Part shown: in pieces, positions 29,491 through 39,650 of the stretch
Layout of the letters: every line of letters begins with the position of its first letter
Numbering within the stretch: the first letter of the stretch is position 1
Source: Candidatus Latescibacterota bacterium
GTDB taxonomy: Bacteria > Latescibacterota > UBA2968 > UBA8231
Reading direction: 5' to 3'
Length of the DNA: 64,000 bases
Assembly (NCBI GenBank): GCA_965203355.1
Contig: OZ241889.1
Coordinates: forward strand, 128,001-192,000
Notes under the pieces: model-generated
Database searches by the model: none
Seen by the model: the letters and a program-made list of their open reading frames with translations, nothing else
Told to the model about the DNA's origin: nothing
Made by a program: the position numbers and the translations under genes

Positions 29491-32400
29491 CTAGAAGTTC
29501 TCTAGGAACTGCTGCTCTTGGATGATGGCCAGCTTGAGGACCCGACTCTTGCCGTGATCGGGCAGCTCAATATGGGCGATGTACATGCCGCTGGCCACCG
29601 GCAGTGCGTTGTGGTTTTGTAGGTCCCAGCGCGTGAACTGCGACGGGTCGTCCTTTTCAATCGTGCGCACCAGCGTACCGCTCATGTCGAAGATGCGGAT
29701 ATTCGCCTTGGGCGGCAGATGGCTGAAGGTCACAAAGTGGTTGTAACGGCTGGTCTCGGCCGTGTTGACGCCAAGATAGGGATTCGGAAAGACGTTGATT
29801 TTCTCAAGGTCCTCGGCTAGGTAGGCGTCGCTGCTTTCCGACCCGGAGACCGTAAATGAGAAGCGGTCGGCCGGGGTATTGACGTGATTGGCGACCAGCA
29901 AGAAGGAATCGCCATCCGACGGGAAGTCCTCCTCGTTGCGGCGCTCGGCAAAGATGATCCACATGAAGGGAAGGTGTTCCTCGCCTTCTGTTATCAGGCC
30001 GTTGTTCAGCAAGATGTCGCTGTTCTCGCCTTGATTGGGGTCGGTGTAATCCAAGTCGAAGATGAACAGCCACTCGCGCGGACCTGAGCCGGCGATATTG
30101 CTCGCCACAGTGTACCAAGGCGGACCATAGACGCCGTTGACCAAGCCGCCGGGCTGGTTGTTTTCGAGGAAGGCCACTTCCAAGCGGCGCGGCGGATCGC
30201 TTTCGATGTCCCAAGCCGAAAGCGCGATCGGATTGCGCTCCTGATAGACGTAAACACCTGGGCCTTCGGTGTTGATAATGTACTTACCGAAGTCCCAGGG
30301 ATTCTGCGTCGTCGTCAGGTCTCCGGGTGCTGGTGGTTCCCCTCCGGCACCGCGCAGATAGCGATAAGCCCACGACACGTTCTCGTTGTTGACGTCCACC
30401 GGCTTGTACTGGTCTTCGCCGTCCTCTTCAATGACGTCGGTGAAGCGCAGCTCCACCGTGCGCAGCCGGTCCGGCGTCACCGTCGACGGCGCGAACCACT
30501 GGTGGTTGGGATCGCCGGTCATCGCGCCTTCGAACCCTTCGGCACCCCAGTCGCCGGAGCCGCCAGCCCAAGTGAACCAGCGCGTATCGCTGGCGTGATC
30601 AACGGCTTGGGCGAAGTCGGCGGCGTTGATCTGGCCATCGCCCGTCAGGTCGGCCGCCTCGGACGACGCCTTCCAGGCCTCGAATGGCATGGCCGGACCG
30701 GCCCAACTCTTCATGCCAGCGGGCGGACCTGAGACCGAGACCTCAATGCCGGCCGAGCCGACGTAGAAGGCCGTGCCAGCTTGGTCCTTCTGGTCAGCCA
30801 ACAGAGTCTGGCCGCTAGTCTTGTCAACCAGATTCCAGACCGTGTTTCCGTCGGCGTCGGCCGCGTATTCGACCGCGTAGTCGTGGCCCGTGGTACTCGT
30901 CGGGTCAACTACCGAGACTGAGACCGTGCCATCGCTGGCCCCAGCGGTGTGCCGGGCACTAATCGCGTCCCCAGGCTCGCTCAGATAGCGAGTGCCCGGC
31001 GGCGGCTCCTGCGGTACGCAGATCAAGTTCTGCGGTGCGCTCTCCAGCGCCGTGGTAGCGGCCCCTTCGTCGGTGGCGCGGTTATAGGCCGTCACCGCAA
31101 AGTAGTACTGCTGGCCGTTGACCAGCGGACCGCTGCGGACGTGGTCTTGGGTAATCTTGATATTGCGCTTGATCCCGAAGTCGGTGCCAATCTGCAAGGG
31201 CACATCGAGCACCACGCCGGACGCTTCGTCGAGGTCAATGCCGAGGATGGTGGTAACGCCGTTTTCGATGTCGAAGGTCGCCACCTTGACGCCCTGAGCA
31301 AGCGTGGCCTCGGCCGAGGGCAACTGATAGAGGTTGTAGCCTTCAAAGTCGAAGCCGGGCGAACCCACTCCTTCGGTGGCCTGGACCGAAGCGTCGTCCC
31401 AACCCCAGTCCAAGATGATCGTCTGGTCGAGCTCGATTACGCGGACATTGGGCTGGGCTGGCGGCTTGGGCACCTCAAAGAAGCTGTTGTAAGCGTCCTG
31501 GACAAACTGGTCGTTGAATTTCAGCTTGGAGACGCTGCGCAGGCGGTCGGTAGAAATGCCGCCCAGCAGTGCGACCACCACTTCCTGGGTGTCGCCCAAG
31601 GCCATCTCAAACGGGCCCGTGTTGAGCACGATGCGCCGGTCGCCCGCTGGCAACGGGATGCCGTCGTTCCAGCCCTGAGCCGTAGTCGGATCGCCGTCGA
31701 GGGTGAAGAAGGTCTCGTCGCCGGTCAGGGGGTTGGTGTACGGAACGGGGTTGCCAATGTCGGGCTGGGGCTGAAAGCCGCGCAGCAGATTGTACCACTC
31801 CTCAGTGCCGATGTACTCGCCGAGTTCTGGATCGTCAATGGCCGAGCCAGCGGCAAAGTACACAAAGGATGTCATCGGCAAGTTGCGGTAGCCGGGTCGC
31901 CGACCAAAGTTGAAAATGGCTTCCGAACTCTCATCCAAGACTACGTTGCCCTCTTCGTCCAACAAAGGATCGCCATTTTCGTCTTTCTGGAATACCGGAA
32001 CGACCGGTCCTTGGAGGAAGTCGTAGCCCACGGCCGGCGGGGCCAGTCCAAAAGGTACGTAGTTCGCGTCGTCGTTGATCGAGTTGTACACGTAGCCGAG
32101 ACTTAAATCGACATCGGCTCCGGCAAAATCGTCGCCGTAGCTGCCCAAATCCGGATCGGCCCACTGGGCGAAGTACATATCTTCAATGCGGGCCGTATCC
32201 GGAGTAGCGCTGGTGCCTTTGTAAACGACCGTGAACTTCTTAAAAATCACATCGCCTAGCGCGTCCGTGCGGGCGTAGCCCCAAAGCAGCACTTGGACTT
32301 CAAGACCAACGGGCTTGGAGCCGTACAGGGATTGCGCCGCCCCTACATCGAGGTCGTTAATCACAAACCAAGCCACTTGGTCGGCCCCGGCCACGCCCGG

Positions 32401-33006
32401 CTCGTCCGCGTCTGGATTGTACTCGCCGTCCCCGTCGTTGTCGTAATAGGGCGCTCCTTTCTGATAGGGCCATTCGCGCCAATCCCGCTCGTACTGAGCG
32501 CGGAGGGCCGCCACGTCGCTGTCGGTAACGGCACTCAGCCCAATCCCCAAGCTCTCAGCGGCGTCGAGCCGCAAGTCCGCCGTCCGGTAATCGCGGCGAA
32601 TGCGGTAGATGCGGACGCTTGGATCGGCCGGATCTTCGGCCTCGCCTTTGGCGACGATGCGACCGGGCACGGTGCCTATCTCGTAGGTCTGGCCGCCGAC
32701 GCGCAACTCCTGCGGGTCGCCATCCTTGACGATGCCGCCCCAGATCAGGCCATCCCGATAGATGACCTGAGCGGTTGAGCGCGGAAAGGTCACCCCGGAA
32801 CTGGAAGTGAGTGGGTTGTACCCAGAGGATCCGTTTCGCTCAAACCACATGGCCATGTTGTTGATGTTGAGCAAGGCGCGCTGGCCGAAATCGTTTTCCT
32901 GCGCGGTCTTGGCAGCGCGATGCGCGTTCGGTCCGCGGCTTTGGACCGGACCGGCTAGGCCGAGCAAAAGCCCAGTGGTCGCCAAATAGGTGACAAATTT
33001 TTTCAT
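29491..33006 (-). CDS. Large acidic secreted protein with T9SS type-A-like C-terminal domain
   Basis: Signal peptide, DxDxDG-type calcium loops, FN3-like DFEGYNLY..YYFAVTAY, C-terminal VFPNPY..IRIFDMSG.LVRTI..WDL.N..VASGMYI..KLAII. Confidence 0.8.
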   Translation of the reverse strand: MKKFVTYLATTGLLLGLAGPVQSRGPNAHRAAKTAQENDFGQRALLNINNMAMWFERNGSSGYNPLTSSSGVTFPRSTAQVIYRDGLIWGGIVKDGDPQELRVGGQTYEIGTVPGRIVAKGEAEDPADPSVRIYRIRRDYRTADLRLDAAESLGIGLSAVTDSDVAALRAQYERDWREWPYQKGAPYYDNDGDGEYNPDADEPGVAGADQVAWFVINDLDVGAAQSLYGSKPVGLEVQVLLWGYARTDALGDVIFKKFTVVYKGTSATPDTARIEDMYFAQWADPDLGSYGDDFAGADVDLSLGYVYNSINDDANYVPFGLAPPAVGYDFLQGPVVPVFQKDENGDPLLDEEGNVVLDESSEAIFNFGRRPGYRNLPMTSFVYFAAGSAIDDPELGEYIGTEEWYNLLRGFQPQPDIGNPVPYTNPLTGDETFFTLDGDPTTAQGWNDGIPLPAGDRRIVLNTGPFEMALGDTQEVVVALLGGISTDRLRSVSKLKFNDQFVQDAYNSFFEVPKPPAQPNVRVIELDQTIILDWGWDDASVQATEGVGSPGFDFEGYNLYQLPSAEATLAQGVKVATFDIENGVTTILGIDLDEASGVVLDVPLQIGTDFGIKRNIKITQDHVRSGPLVNGQQYYFAVTAYNRATDEGAATTALESAPQNLICVPQEPPPGTRYLSEPGDAISARHTAGASDGTVSVSVVDPTSTTGHDYAVEYAADADGNTVWNLVDKTSGQTLLADQKDQAGTAFYVGSAGIEVSVSGPPAGMKSWAGPAMPFEAWKASSEAADLTGDGQINAADFAQAVDHASDTRWFTWAGGSGDWGAEGFEGAMTGDPNHQWFAPSTVTPDRLRTVELRFTDVIEEDGEDQYKPVDVNNENVSWAYRYLRGAGGEPPAPGDLTTTQNPWDFGKYIINTEGPGVYVYQERNPIALSAWDIESDPPRRLEVAFLENNQPGGLVNGVYGPPWYTVASNIAGSGPREWLFIFDLDYTDPNQGENSDILLNNGLITEGEEHLPFMWIIFAERRNEEDFPSDGDSFLLVANHVNTPADRFSFTVSGSESSDAYLAEDLEKINVFPNPYLGVNTAETSRYNHFVTFSHLPPKANIRIFDMSGTLVRTIEKDDPSQFTRWDLQNHNALPVASGMYIAHIELPDHGKSRVLKLAIIQEQQFLENF

Positions 33007-33021
33007 AACGTTTTCCTCCCT

Positions 33022-36000
33022 TTACAGGCCCAGTTTGATCCCAAAGCGGATTTGACGCGGCGAGCCAAAAATGTCACCGCCTTCGTTGAACCAATAGTGC
33101 TGTCGGTTGGCCAAGTTGATGGCCTCGTATAACTGCTGGTACGTCAAACCGGCACTGGCCGCAACAATTTGGCTGCTCAGATCGGGATTGGTGAGGAAGC
33201 CGTCGTCTTCGGCGCTGCCAGTGCGGCTGTACACGTTAATCACGTTTTTGCGGTTGAACAGGTTGTAGACATAGAGGTAGATCTGGGCGTCGGCACCAAA
33301 CAGACCGAAGCCTTTATCTATTTTCATGTCAACTTCAAAAGTGTAAGGCGTCGAAGAGGCATTGATGCTTTCGGCTGGCTTGCGCGAGCGCGGGTCGTCG
33401 TTGGCGAGGATGCCGCCGTCTTCCGGGCCGCGCTGGCCGATGGACCCGCCCGACAAGGTGAAATTGTGGCCGCTGCTAAAACTCAACAGCAGGTTGGCCC
33501 CCAAGTTTTCGAGGATCGGCCCGCCGTCGTTGTCGGCAAAGCGATAGTCGACAAAGATGTTGCCGCGATGCGTCTCGTTAAAGTCCAACGGCGAGATGAT
33601 GGTGGGCAGGTTGGTGTTGTTCTCGACCCCAGAAACGGCCGAATTGATCGATGAGCCGGTGCCGCGGGCATCCGACAGGGTGTAGTTAAGCTCGGTGCGC
33701 AACCGATTGATGCGGCGCAGCTTGAAGACGAACTCCAAACCCTTGGTCGCGGCAAAGTCGCCGTTTTGCAGGAAATTGTACGCGCTGGCGTTTTGGGCCG
33801 CGGTCGAAATGTTTTGGCGCTGTAGCTGTAACTGGCCCTTCACGTCGCGGTAGAAGCCGGTGATGTCGAAGGAAGCCACGTCGGTAAATTGGCGCTCAAA
33901 GCCGATTTCGTACTGGGTGGTGCGGATCGGCTCAATGTCAAAGGCCGTGGGGATGCGGATAAAGTTCTGACCGCCCAACTCCAGGGCCAACCGCGCCCCG
34001 CCAGTAAACATCGAACGCATGGCCGGCATCTGCACAAAGCGGCCGTACTGCACGTGAAAGACCGTTAAGTCCGACACCGGGAACGAAAACCCGAGCCGCG
34101 GGCTAAGTTCGCTGAACGTGCGCGTCTTTTCCATTGAGCCGAGATCAATGGTGAAGAGCGAATCGCTGCGCACGGGTGCCGCGGGCTCCCTGAAGCGAAA
34201 ACTATCGACGTCGAAGTAATCCCAGCGCAGCCCGGCGTTCACGATGAGATCATTGTATTCGATCTTGTCCTGAATAAAGGCCGACGCTAGCACTGGATTG
34301 CGCGGAGCCTCCAGCCCGCGGCCTGCATCCTTGCGCCCAAAGGCGTCGAAGCCGAAGAAATCGGCCCGGCTGGTGTTGCGGATCATGGTGGCGAAATCAT
34401 CCAGACTGCCATCCCCATCGTCCAACGTCTCGGCCTTGTCAATCAGCGCGTCCATCAAGTCGGCGGCGGCAATCTCCCCGGCGTAGTACCGATCGTACAC
34501 TGAGTCCAGCTCGGGATACGTGTTTCTAATGGCGTTGCGGATCGAGTTCAGGGCGATGCCAAAGCGCCGCGAGGTCCAGCGCTGGACGTCAAAGCCCAGC
34601 TTGTACTCATGCACATCGGTCTGGCGGGTCAGGCTACCGCCAACGCCGTAGTAGCGATCCTCCTCCTCGGCGTAAAGGCTGGACCGAGACGTGCCGTCTA
34701 CCGGCCATACCGGCGTACCCGGGCGGGCAAAGGGAAAGCCGTTCAAGTCGTAGTTGCGCGGTGCCACGCCTTGGGCGGAATACGGCGTGAAATCGGGGGA
34801 GGCTTGAGCCACGGCCAAGCTGTCGTTATAGAGCATGAAGTTGTCTCTAAAAACCGGGTCGAAGGTATCGCGACTTTGGTTGTAAAGACTGACGTTCACC
34901 TCGTAGAACATTTTGGGGCTGAGCAAGTGGGTGCCCTTGATATTGAGCAAGCCCGACACCCGCTCCCTTTCGGGCAGCCGCGCCGTATTGAGCATGTTGC
35001 GAACGGGCGTGGGATTGAGTTCCTGATCCTCGATGGAATAGAGGCCGGTGAGGCGCAGTTGGAAGGGCAGCATATCGAATAGCAGAGTGCCGTTGAAATT
35101 GAGCTGCTCGCGGCCAGTATGGTCGATATTGCCCGGCCGCAGATTCAGATCCACGGTATCGGGTATGGCATTGCCGTCGGCGTCCTCGCGCCAGTGGATT
35201 CGGCCGCCGCGGTCGCCGGAATCGACCAAGTCGTCAAACTGGAAGCCCTCCCAATAGGAAGGCTGGAAATCCCGCACCCAGCGCTGCCCGGCGAGAAACG
35301 CCCGCACGTTCTTGAGGCCCACCACCGGACCGCTCAAGGTGACGACCTGGGTAGAATAACCATAGGAATAGGTGCCAAAGCGCTGTTCATACGGGGAAGT
35401 GAAATTATCCGTCTCGCTCAGCACCCCGATCTGCCACGCTGGCGTGCCCGTGCGCAACTCTTGGAGAATGATGCCAGCATTGGCCCCGCCGTACTCGGCG
35501 TTGAAGCCGCCGGCTTGTAGCTGAACTTCCTCGAGCGCCTCGTCAATTAGGCCCACAGCACTGCTGCCGGTGATTGGATTGCGGACGCTAGCCCCATCGA
35601 CGTAGTAGCCAATCTCGTCGGAGCGCGAGCCGCGCACGTGCAACGCGCCTTCGTCCAAAACCACGCCCGGCTGTATGTCGATGACGCCGTTGACCCCTCT
35701 AAACGGCAGGATCTCTAGGTCCTCAGCCCCGACGATGCGCACCGCATTGGTGGCGGTTTTGTCGATAATTGGCCGCTCGGCGCGAATTACCACCTCCTCG
35801 ACTTGGATATCCGAAGAAGTCAGGTCGATGTTGAGATTCGTGGTTAGGTTGGCGGAAACCCGCACATCCTCAATGGTATAATCCGCGTAGCCGATATACG
35901 TGGCCTTGAGGGTGTAGGCACCCGCTGGCACGTTGAGAATAAAAAAGCGGCCCTTTTCGTCCGCCGTCGTCCCTAGCTTGGTATCTACCACCGCGATATT

Positions 36001-36147
36001 GGCATGGGGTAGCCCATCGCCGGTGGCGGCATCCTGGACGACACCGGCGATCTTACCGCCCGTACTGGCCTCGGCCGGAGCCAAGCTCAGCGCGAGCAGG
36101 ACGCCCAGTGCGGTCAGAGTGCGAAAAACGCCTGTGAACTTGGTCAT
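33022..36147 (-). CDS. TonB-dependent receptor with N-terminal carboxypeptidase-regulatory-like domain
   Basis: Start at MTKFT (36147, AAGGAGG RBS). GKIAGVVQDAATG..GRFFILNVPAGAY, plug LHVRGSRSDEIGYYVDG..GGFNAEYG, barrel NAGLRWD, SPRLG, NLFNRKN, PRQIRFG. Confidence 0.92.
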   Translation of the reverse strand: MTKFTGVFRTLTALGVLLALSLAPAEASTGGKIAGVVQDAATGDGLPHANIAVVDTKLGTTADEKGRFFILNVPAGAYTLKATYIGYADYTIEDVRVSANLTTNLNIDLTSSDIQVEEVVIRAERPIIDKTATNAVRIVGAEDLEILPFRGVNGVIDIQPGVVLDEGALHVRGSRSDEIGYYVDGASVRNPITGSSAVGLIDEALEEVQLQAGGFNAEYGGANAGIILQELRTGTPAWQIGVLSETDNFTSPYEQRFGTYSYGYSTQVVTLSGPVVGLKNVRAFLAGQRWVRDFQPSYWEGFQFDDLVDSGDRGGRIHWREDADGNAIPDTVDLNLRPGNIDHTGREQLNFNGTLLFDMLPFQLRLTGLYSIEDQELNPTPVRNMLNTARLPERERVSGLLNIKGTHLLSPKMFYEVNVSLYNQSRDTFDPVFRDNFMLYNDSLAVAQASPDFTPYSAQGVAPRNYDLNGFPFARPGTPVWPVDGTSRSSLYAEEEDRYYGVGGSLTRQTDVHEYKLGFDVQRWTSRRFGIALNSIRNAIRNTYPELDSVYDRYYAGEIAAADLMDALIDKAETLDDGDGSLDDFATMIRNTSRADFFGFDAFGRKDAGRGLEAPRNPVLASAFIQDKIEYNDLIVNAGLRWDYFDVDSFRFREPAAPVRSDSLFTIDLGSMEKTRTFSELSPRLGFSFPVSDLTVFHVQYGRFVQMPAMRSMFTGGARLALELGGQNFIRIPTAFDIEPIRTTQYEIGFERQFTDVASFDITGFYRDVKGQLQLQRQNISTAAQNASAYNFLQNGDFAATKGLEFVFKLRRINRLRTELNYTLSDARGTGSSINSAVSGVENNTNLPTIISPLDFNETHRGNIFVDYRFADNDGGPILENLGANLLLSFSSGHNFTLSGGSIGQRGPEDGGILANDDPRSRKPAESINASSTPYTFEVDMKIDKGFGLFGADAQIYLYVYNLFNRKNVINVYSRTGSAEDDGFLTNPDLSSQIVAASAGLTYQQLYEAINLANRQHYWFNEGGDIFGSPRQIRFGIKLGL

Positions 36148-36185
36148 ATATCCCTCCTTTGGTAGGACACTCAATAAAGACTCTT

Positions 36186-36899
36186 TCACATCAAATGCAA
36201 CCAGTCTTCCAAGAGAAAAGTCACGCGCCCGATCAACAGCGAAACTCTCGCCATAATGGTGTAACCAAACGACGCCCCAAACGAGACCATCAAAAACCAT
36301 ATCCCCACCTTGGAGACATGGCCGGCCGCGCCAGTGTGCTCGACGGAAAAGAAAAAATAAACCAACACCCCTATTACCCCTACTAGGACGATCAGCAAAT
36401 TAAGCCCCTCCCAGCTCCAAGTCAGTGGTTGTAATGTAGGCTCAATTTGGGCTAAAATAAAAGAAGAAACATAGCGGGGAATCGTCAGGCCGGCCCCCAG
36501 CCCCACAAAAAATGCAAAAGCATAGCGGCTAAGCCAACCAAAGCGCAGCGAAAAGCGCGTCAACATCAACAGCCCGAGTATCGTCGGGGCCAACAACCAC
36601 CAGTTGGGCGTCTCCCCTTCCCCCAGATCGGTCCATTCGGCGATGAGTTCGCCGTAGATCGTCGGATACCAATTCTGGCCGAATATGTAGGCCGCGGCCA
36701 CGCCGACGAAAACGTGTTCGGCAAACTTGAAAAGCGGGTTGTCCTTGTAGAGGAAGCTATAGAGTGCCAAGGTCATGCCTGCCGCGACAATAACGCCCAA
36801 ACCCGTCCAATCCGCCGCCAAGATCCCACTCGCCACCAAGCCGATATTGACCGCGGCAAACAGCAGGAGCAAACCCAAAAAGACATACGTATCGCGCAT
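36186..36899 (-). CDS. Hypothetical polytopic membrane protein (about 7 TM)
   Basis: Very hydrophobic, SFLYKDNPLFKFAEHVFVG motif, 3 nt from the upstream gene. Confidence 0.8.
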   Translation of the reverse strand: MRDTYVFLGLLLLFAAVNIGLVASGILAADWTGLGVIVAAGMTLALYSFLYKDNPLFKFAEHVFVGVAAAYIFGQNWYPTIYGELIAEWTDLGEGETPNWWLLAPTILGLLMLTRFSLRFGWLSRYAFAFFVGLGAGLTIPRYVSSFILAQIEPTLQPLTWSWEGLNLLIVLVGVIGVLVYFFFSVEHTGAAGHVSKVGIWFLMVSFGASFGYTIMARVSLLIGRVTFLLEDWLHLM

Positions 36900-36902
36900 G
36901 GC

Positions 36903-37733
36903 TTAACTCTCCTGCTGCGCTCGGCCCCGCCGAGCAGCGAAATACGCGATATTGCCAAAAATCACGAAGGCGATGATGATCAAATGGGTCGCCGACTGGG
37001 CACTCATGCCCTTGCTGGCACTGCCGCGAAGCCCAATCAAGGTTTCGTATTCGGCGGCACCGGCTAGGCCACCGAGTAGGCCGCGGAGTTGTCCCGAGTC
37101 GAGAAAGGGGTAGAGATCGGGCGCCATCACGGCGGTGCAGCCGGCCGCAAAGGGAAAGCCGTATTTCTCCTGCCCGTAGGGGATCCACCAAAACTCAATC
37201 GAATCCCCGGCGGCTAAATCAAAGACGAGGGCAAAATCGCGTAGCGAGCGCAAACCCCGCGTCAATTCCAAATCGCCGACACTTGCGCCCCAATTGTCCT
37301 GCGGGAAGGTGCCGTGGAAGTCCTGCCCCATGTTGAGGATGACGCTGAACCCCCCGACCTTGTAGCCCATGAAGGCGTAATCCACCCCGTACTCCAAATC
37401 GAATTCGGCCGCCAGTTCCTCCAGCACCTGTTGGGCCAGCCCCGCGGCATCGGGCCACAGGCAGATGGCGATCACCTTGAGGTCGCGGCGAAAGGCGTGG
37501 CGCAAAACCGAACGCGCCATGGGCTGCATCTCAGGATATGTGCTAGCGCCGTAGGAGAAGGAAACCAGCACAATGTCCCCCGCGTCGAGCTTTTCGACTT
37601 GGTCGTATGCGGCTTTTACTTCGCCCGTCGGCGTAATCGGCAGATAAATCCCGGCCAACAACGGCCCGGCTACGCCCACAAAAACTAGGGCGAAAATGAT
37701 GCGGCGGTCGATAGCGAGTAGCTTGTGCATCAC
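36903..37733 (-). CDS. Hypothetical membrane protein: alpha/beta domain between two TM helices (DUF6754-like paralogue)
   Basis: N-terminal TM, about 220 aa alpha/beta domain with LLGGLAGAAEYE, C-terminal TM. Start overlaps the upstream stop. Confidence 0.8.
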   Translation of the reverse strand: MMHKLLAIDRRIIFALVFVGVAGPLLAGIYLPITPTGEVKAAYDQVEKLDAGDIVLVSFSYGASTYPEMQPMARSVLRHAFRRDLKVIAICLWPDAAGLAQQVLEELAAEFDLEYGVDYAFMGYKVGGFSVILNMGQDFHGTFPQDNWGASVGDLELTRGLRSLRDFALVFDLAAGDSIEFWWIPYGQEKYGFPFAAGCTAVMAPDLYPFLDSGQLRGLLGGLAGAAEYETLIGLRGSASKGMSAQSATHLIIIAFVIFGNIAYFAARRGRAQQES

Positions 37734-38389
37734 TCGGAGCCTCCGCCCAAATACGAGCGTTCAATCCCAAAGATGATACGCAGCGAGGTCGCAATGGCCC
37801 CTAGAGACACCCCGAGCAGGACGCCGCGTTTAGCCGCCAAGTTGGGCACGTTCAGCAGCCAATCGCTTACCAGCGGAAAAAACTCGGAGATCTCGCGGCC
37901 AATGGGTACGCGGCCCAGCATGACGATCACGGCCGCGACCAACAACAGCGCGGCCTCGGGCGTACGGGCGCGAAAGGTCCGGTACGCCGCCGAAGCGATA
38001 AAGAAGGCCAAAATCGAGAACATAGTACTCGAACAAGGCCGATGGACGTACAGGAAGAGCCAATTGTAGCCCCCGGCTTTGGCTTGGGCGGCAAACGGGC
38101 CATGTCCATCGTTGTAGATAACGAAGACCATCATCACCACAAAACTGGCGATGGCAACGAAGCTGTAGCCCCAACCGATGGCCTGCTGCCGGATGCGCTG
38201 CCAGTGCAAGTTAAGCAGGCTGTACAGCCCGAGCAGGTAGGAAAACGCAAAAATAATCCGCACCCATTTTCCCCCGACCTCTTGCTCAAAGCCTTGGGCA
38301 TAGCCGTGTGGTATGTAGTAAATGGCAATGCCCAGCAAGCCAAAGACTAAGGCGATGGCCAGCGGTAAGGTCCGACTAAGAAACAGCAT
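37730..38389 (-). CDS. Hypothetical polytopic membrane protein (5-6 TM)
   Basis: Hydrophobic, with MFSILAFFIASAAYRTFRAR and AAKRGVLLGVSLGAIATSLRIIFGIERSYL. AGGAGG RBS. Confidence 0.8.
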   Translation of the reverse strand: MLFLSRTLPLAIALVFGLLGIAIYYIPHGYAQGFEQEVGGKWVRIIFAFSYLLGLYSLLNLHWQRIRQQAIGWGYSFVAIASFVVMMVFVIYNDGHGPFAAQAKAGGYNWLFLYVHRPCSSTMFSILAFFIASAAYRTFRARTPEAALLLVAAVIVMLGRVPIGREISEFFPLVSDWLLNVPNLAAKRGVLLGVSLGAIATSLRIIFGIERSYLGGGSE

Positions 38390-38398
38390 GGCCCCTCC

Positions 38399-39646
38399 TC
38401 AATAAGGAGTAAAGAAGTGAGTCAGGTGAGGCAACCGCAGCCCAACAGCCTCTAAAGTCGCCAACACAGTACCCAACACCAAAGCGACCAAAATCAGAGC
38501 CTTACCAGCGTCCTGGCCTTTGAGGCTGCCCAACATGCGCGGCTCGCCCGACAGATAAGCACTGGCTGCGTAGAGCTCCTCGCCGAGCAGGGTATAATCG
38601 CAGGTAGTGATAAAGAACGGCAACTGGGTAAAGGAATCGGTACCAGCGATCTGAATCGCCCCGGTCGTCGAACCCGTCTCGGCCAGCAGCAGCGACTCAG
38701 CATAGAAATATCCCATCATAATGTGAGCCGCCGGGCGGTCGCGGACCATGATGCCCTCGACTGCTGCCGCATAGCTAAACTGCTCGGTGCCGGCGATGAA
38801 AACATGATCGGGATTGAAGGCGTCAGGCCGCCCCGCCTCCACATACGAGGCTTTGACCGTCTCCTGACTTACCGACATAACCACCGGATCCGGGGCCACC
38901 ACCCGCAGCGCGGTGTCGTATTCGGCCGTGCGCCGGGCGACCCGCCCCAAAATATTGACCGCGGCAATGGTCGATATGGAGTCCATGAAGCGCAAGCCGT
39001 GGATGAAAAGCACCGGCTTGCCCATCTCGGTCGCCCGCCCCAGTGCCTCGTCGAGTGCCTCTAGCCCGGCGATGCGGCGGATCTTGAGTTCGCGCCGCCG
39101 CGCAATACCAATATAGCCCATGATGAGCCCTGAAAACACGACGCACAACACCAGATTGTTGACTTTGGCGCGGTTAAAAAAATTGCCTTTGGACTCGGCA
39201 TTGACGATCACTTTGCCGCGGACCGCGCCCCCAGCCGACCGCACATCAATGTGAAAGTAATACGTCTTGCCGTCTTCTAATGGCGTTTTGCCGCCCGCGT
39301 CAGCGAATTCCTCGACGTTGACATAGTGGTAATTCCCCAGCTCGGCCCCGTGCCCAAAGAGCGCCGGTGCCTCGGACATCAAGTTCCCCGTGGGCGCAAC
39401 TTCAGCCACGACGCGAAAAGGTCCGCTGGGCGAATCGGCGATGGCGACCTGATACATCGCATTGTCGCTGATCCGGGGATCGCGCGACCAAGTTAGCGTA
39501 ATGCTGCCCCCGTCGTCGTTGGGCGTGTCGAAGGCTTGTATCTCGATCGGCGGCATGGAGTGCGCCAGCCCTTGTGCCCCGTTCTCTGCCGCGCTCGCCA
39601 ACGGCCAAGCCAAGACGAATGCAGATAGCCAGTTTTTTGCTCTCAT
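38399..39646 (-). CDS. FN3-like plus DUF6754-like membrane protein
   Basis: Start at MRAKNW (39646). Signal peptide, DTPNDDGGSITLTW..YYF FN3-like domain, TM, IRRIAGLEALDEALGRATEMGKP..QLPFF..DYTLLGEELYAASAYL, C-terminal TM. Family name recalled, not searched. Confidence 0.75.
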   Translation of the reverse strand: MRAKNWLSAFVLAWPLASAAENGAQGLAHSMPPIEIQAFDTPNDDGGSITLTWSRDPRISDNAMYQVAIADSPSGPFRVVAEVAPTGNLMSEAPALFGHGAELGNYHYVNVEEFADAGGKTPLEDGKTYYFHIDVRSAGGAVRGKVIVNAESKGNFFNRAKVNNLVLCVVFSGLIMGYIGIARRRELKIRRIAGLEALDEALGRATEMGKPVLFIHGLRFMDSISTIAAVNILGRVARRTAEYDTALRVVAPDPVVMSVSQETVKASYVEAGRPDAFNPDHVFIAGTEQFSYAAAVEGIMVRDRPAAHIMMGYFYAESLLLAETGSTTGAIQIAGTDSFTQLPFFITTCDYTLLGEELYAASAYLSGEPRMLGSLKGQDAGKALILVALVLGTVLATLEAVGLRLPHLTHFFTPY

Positions 39647-39650
39647 GCCT

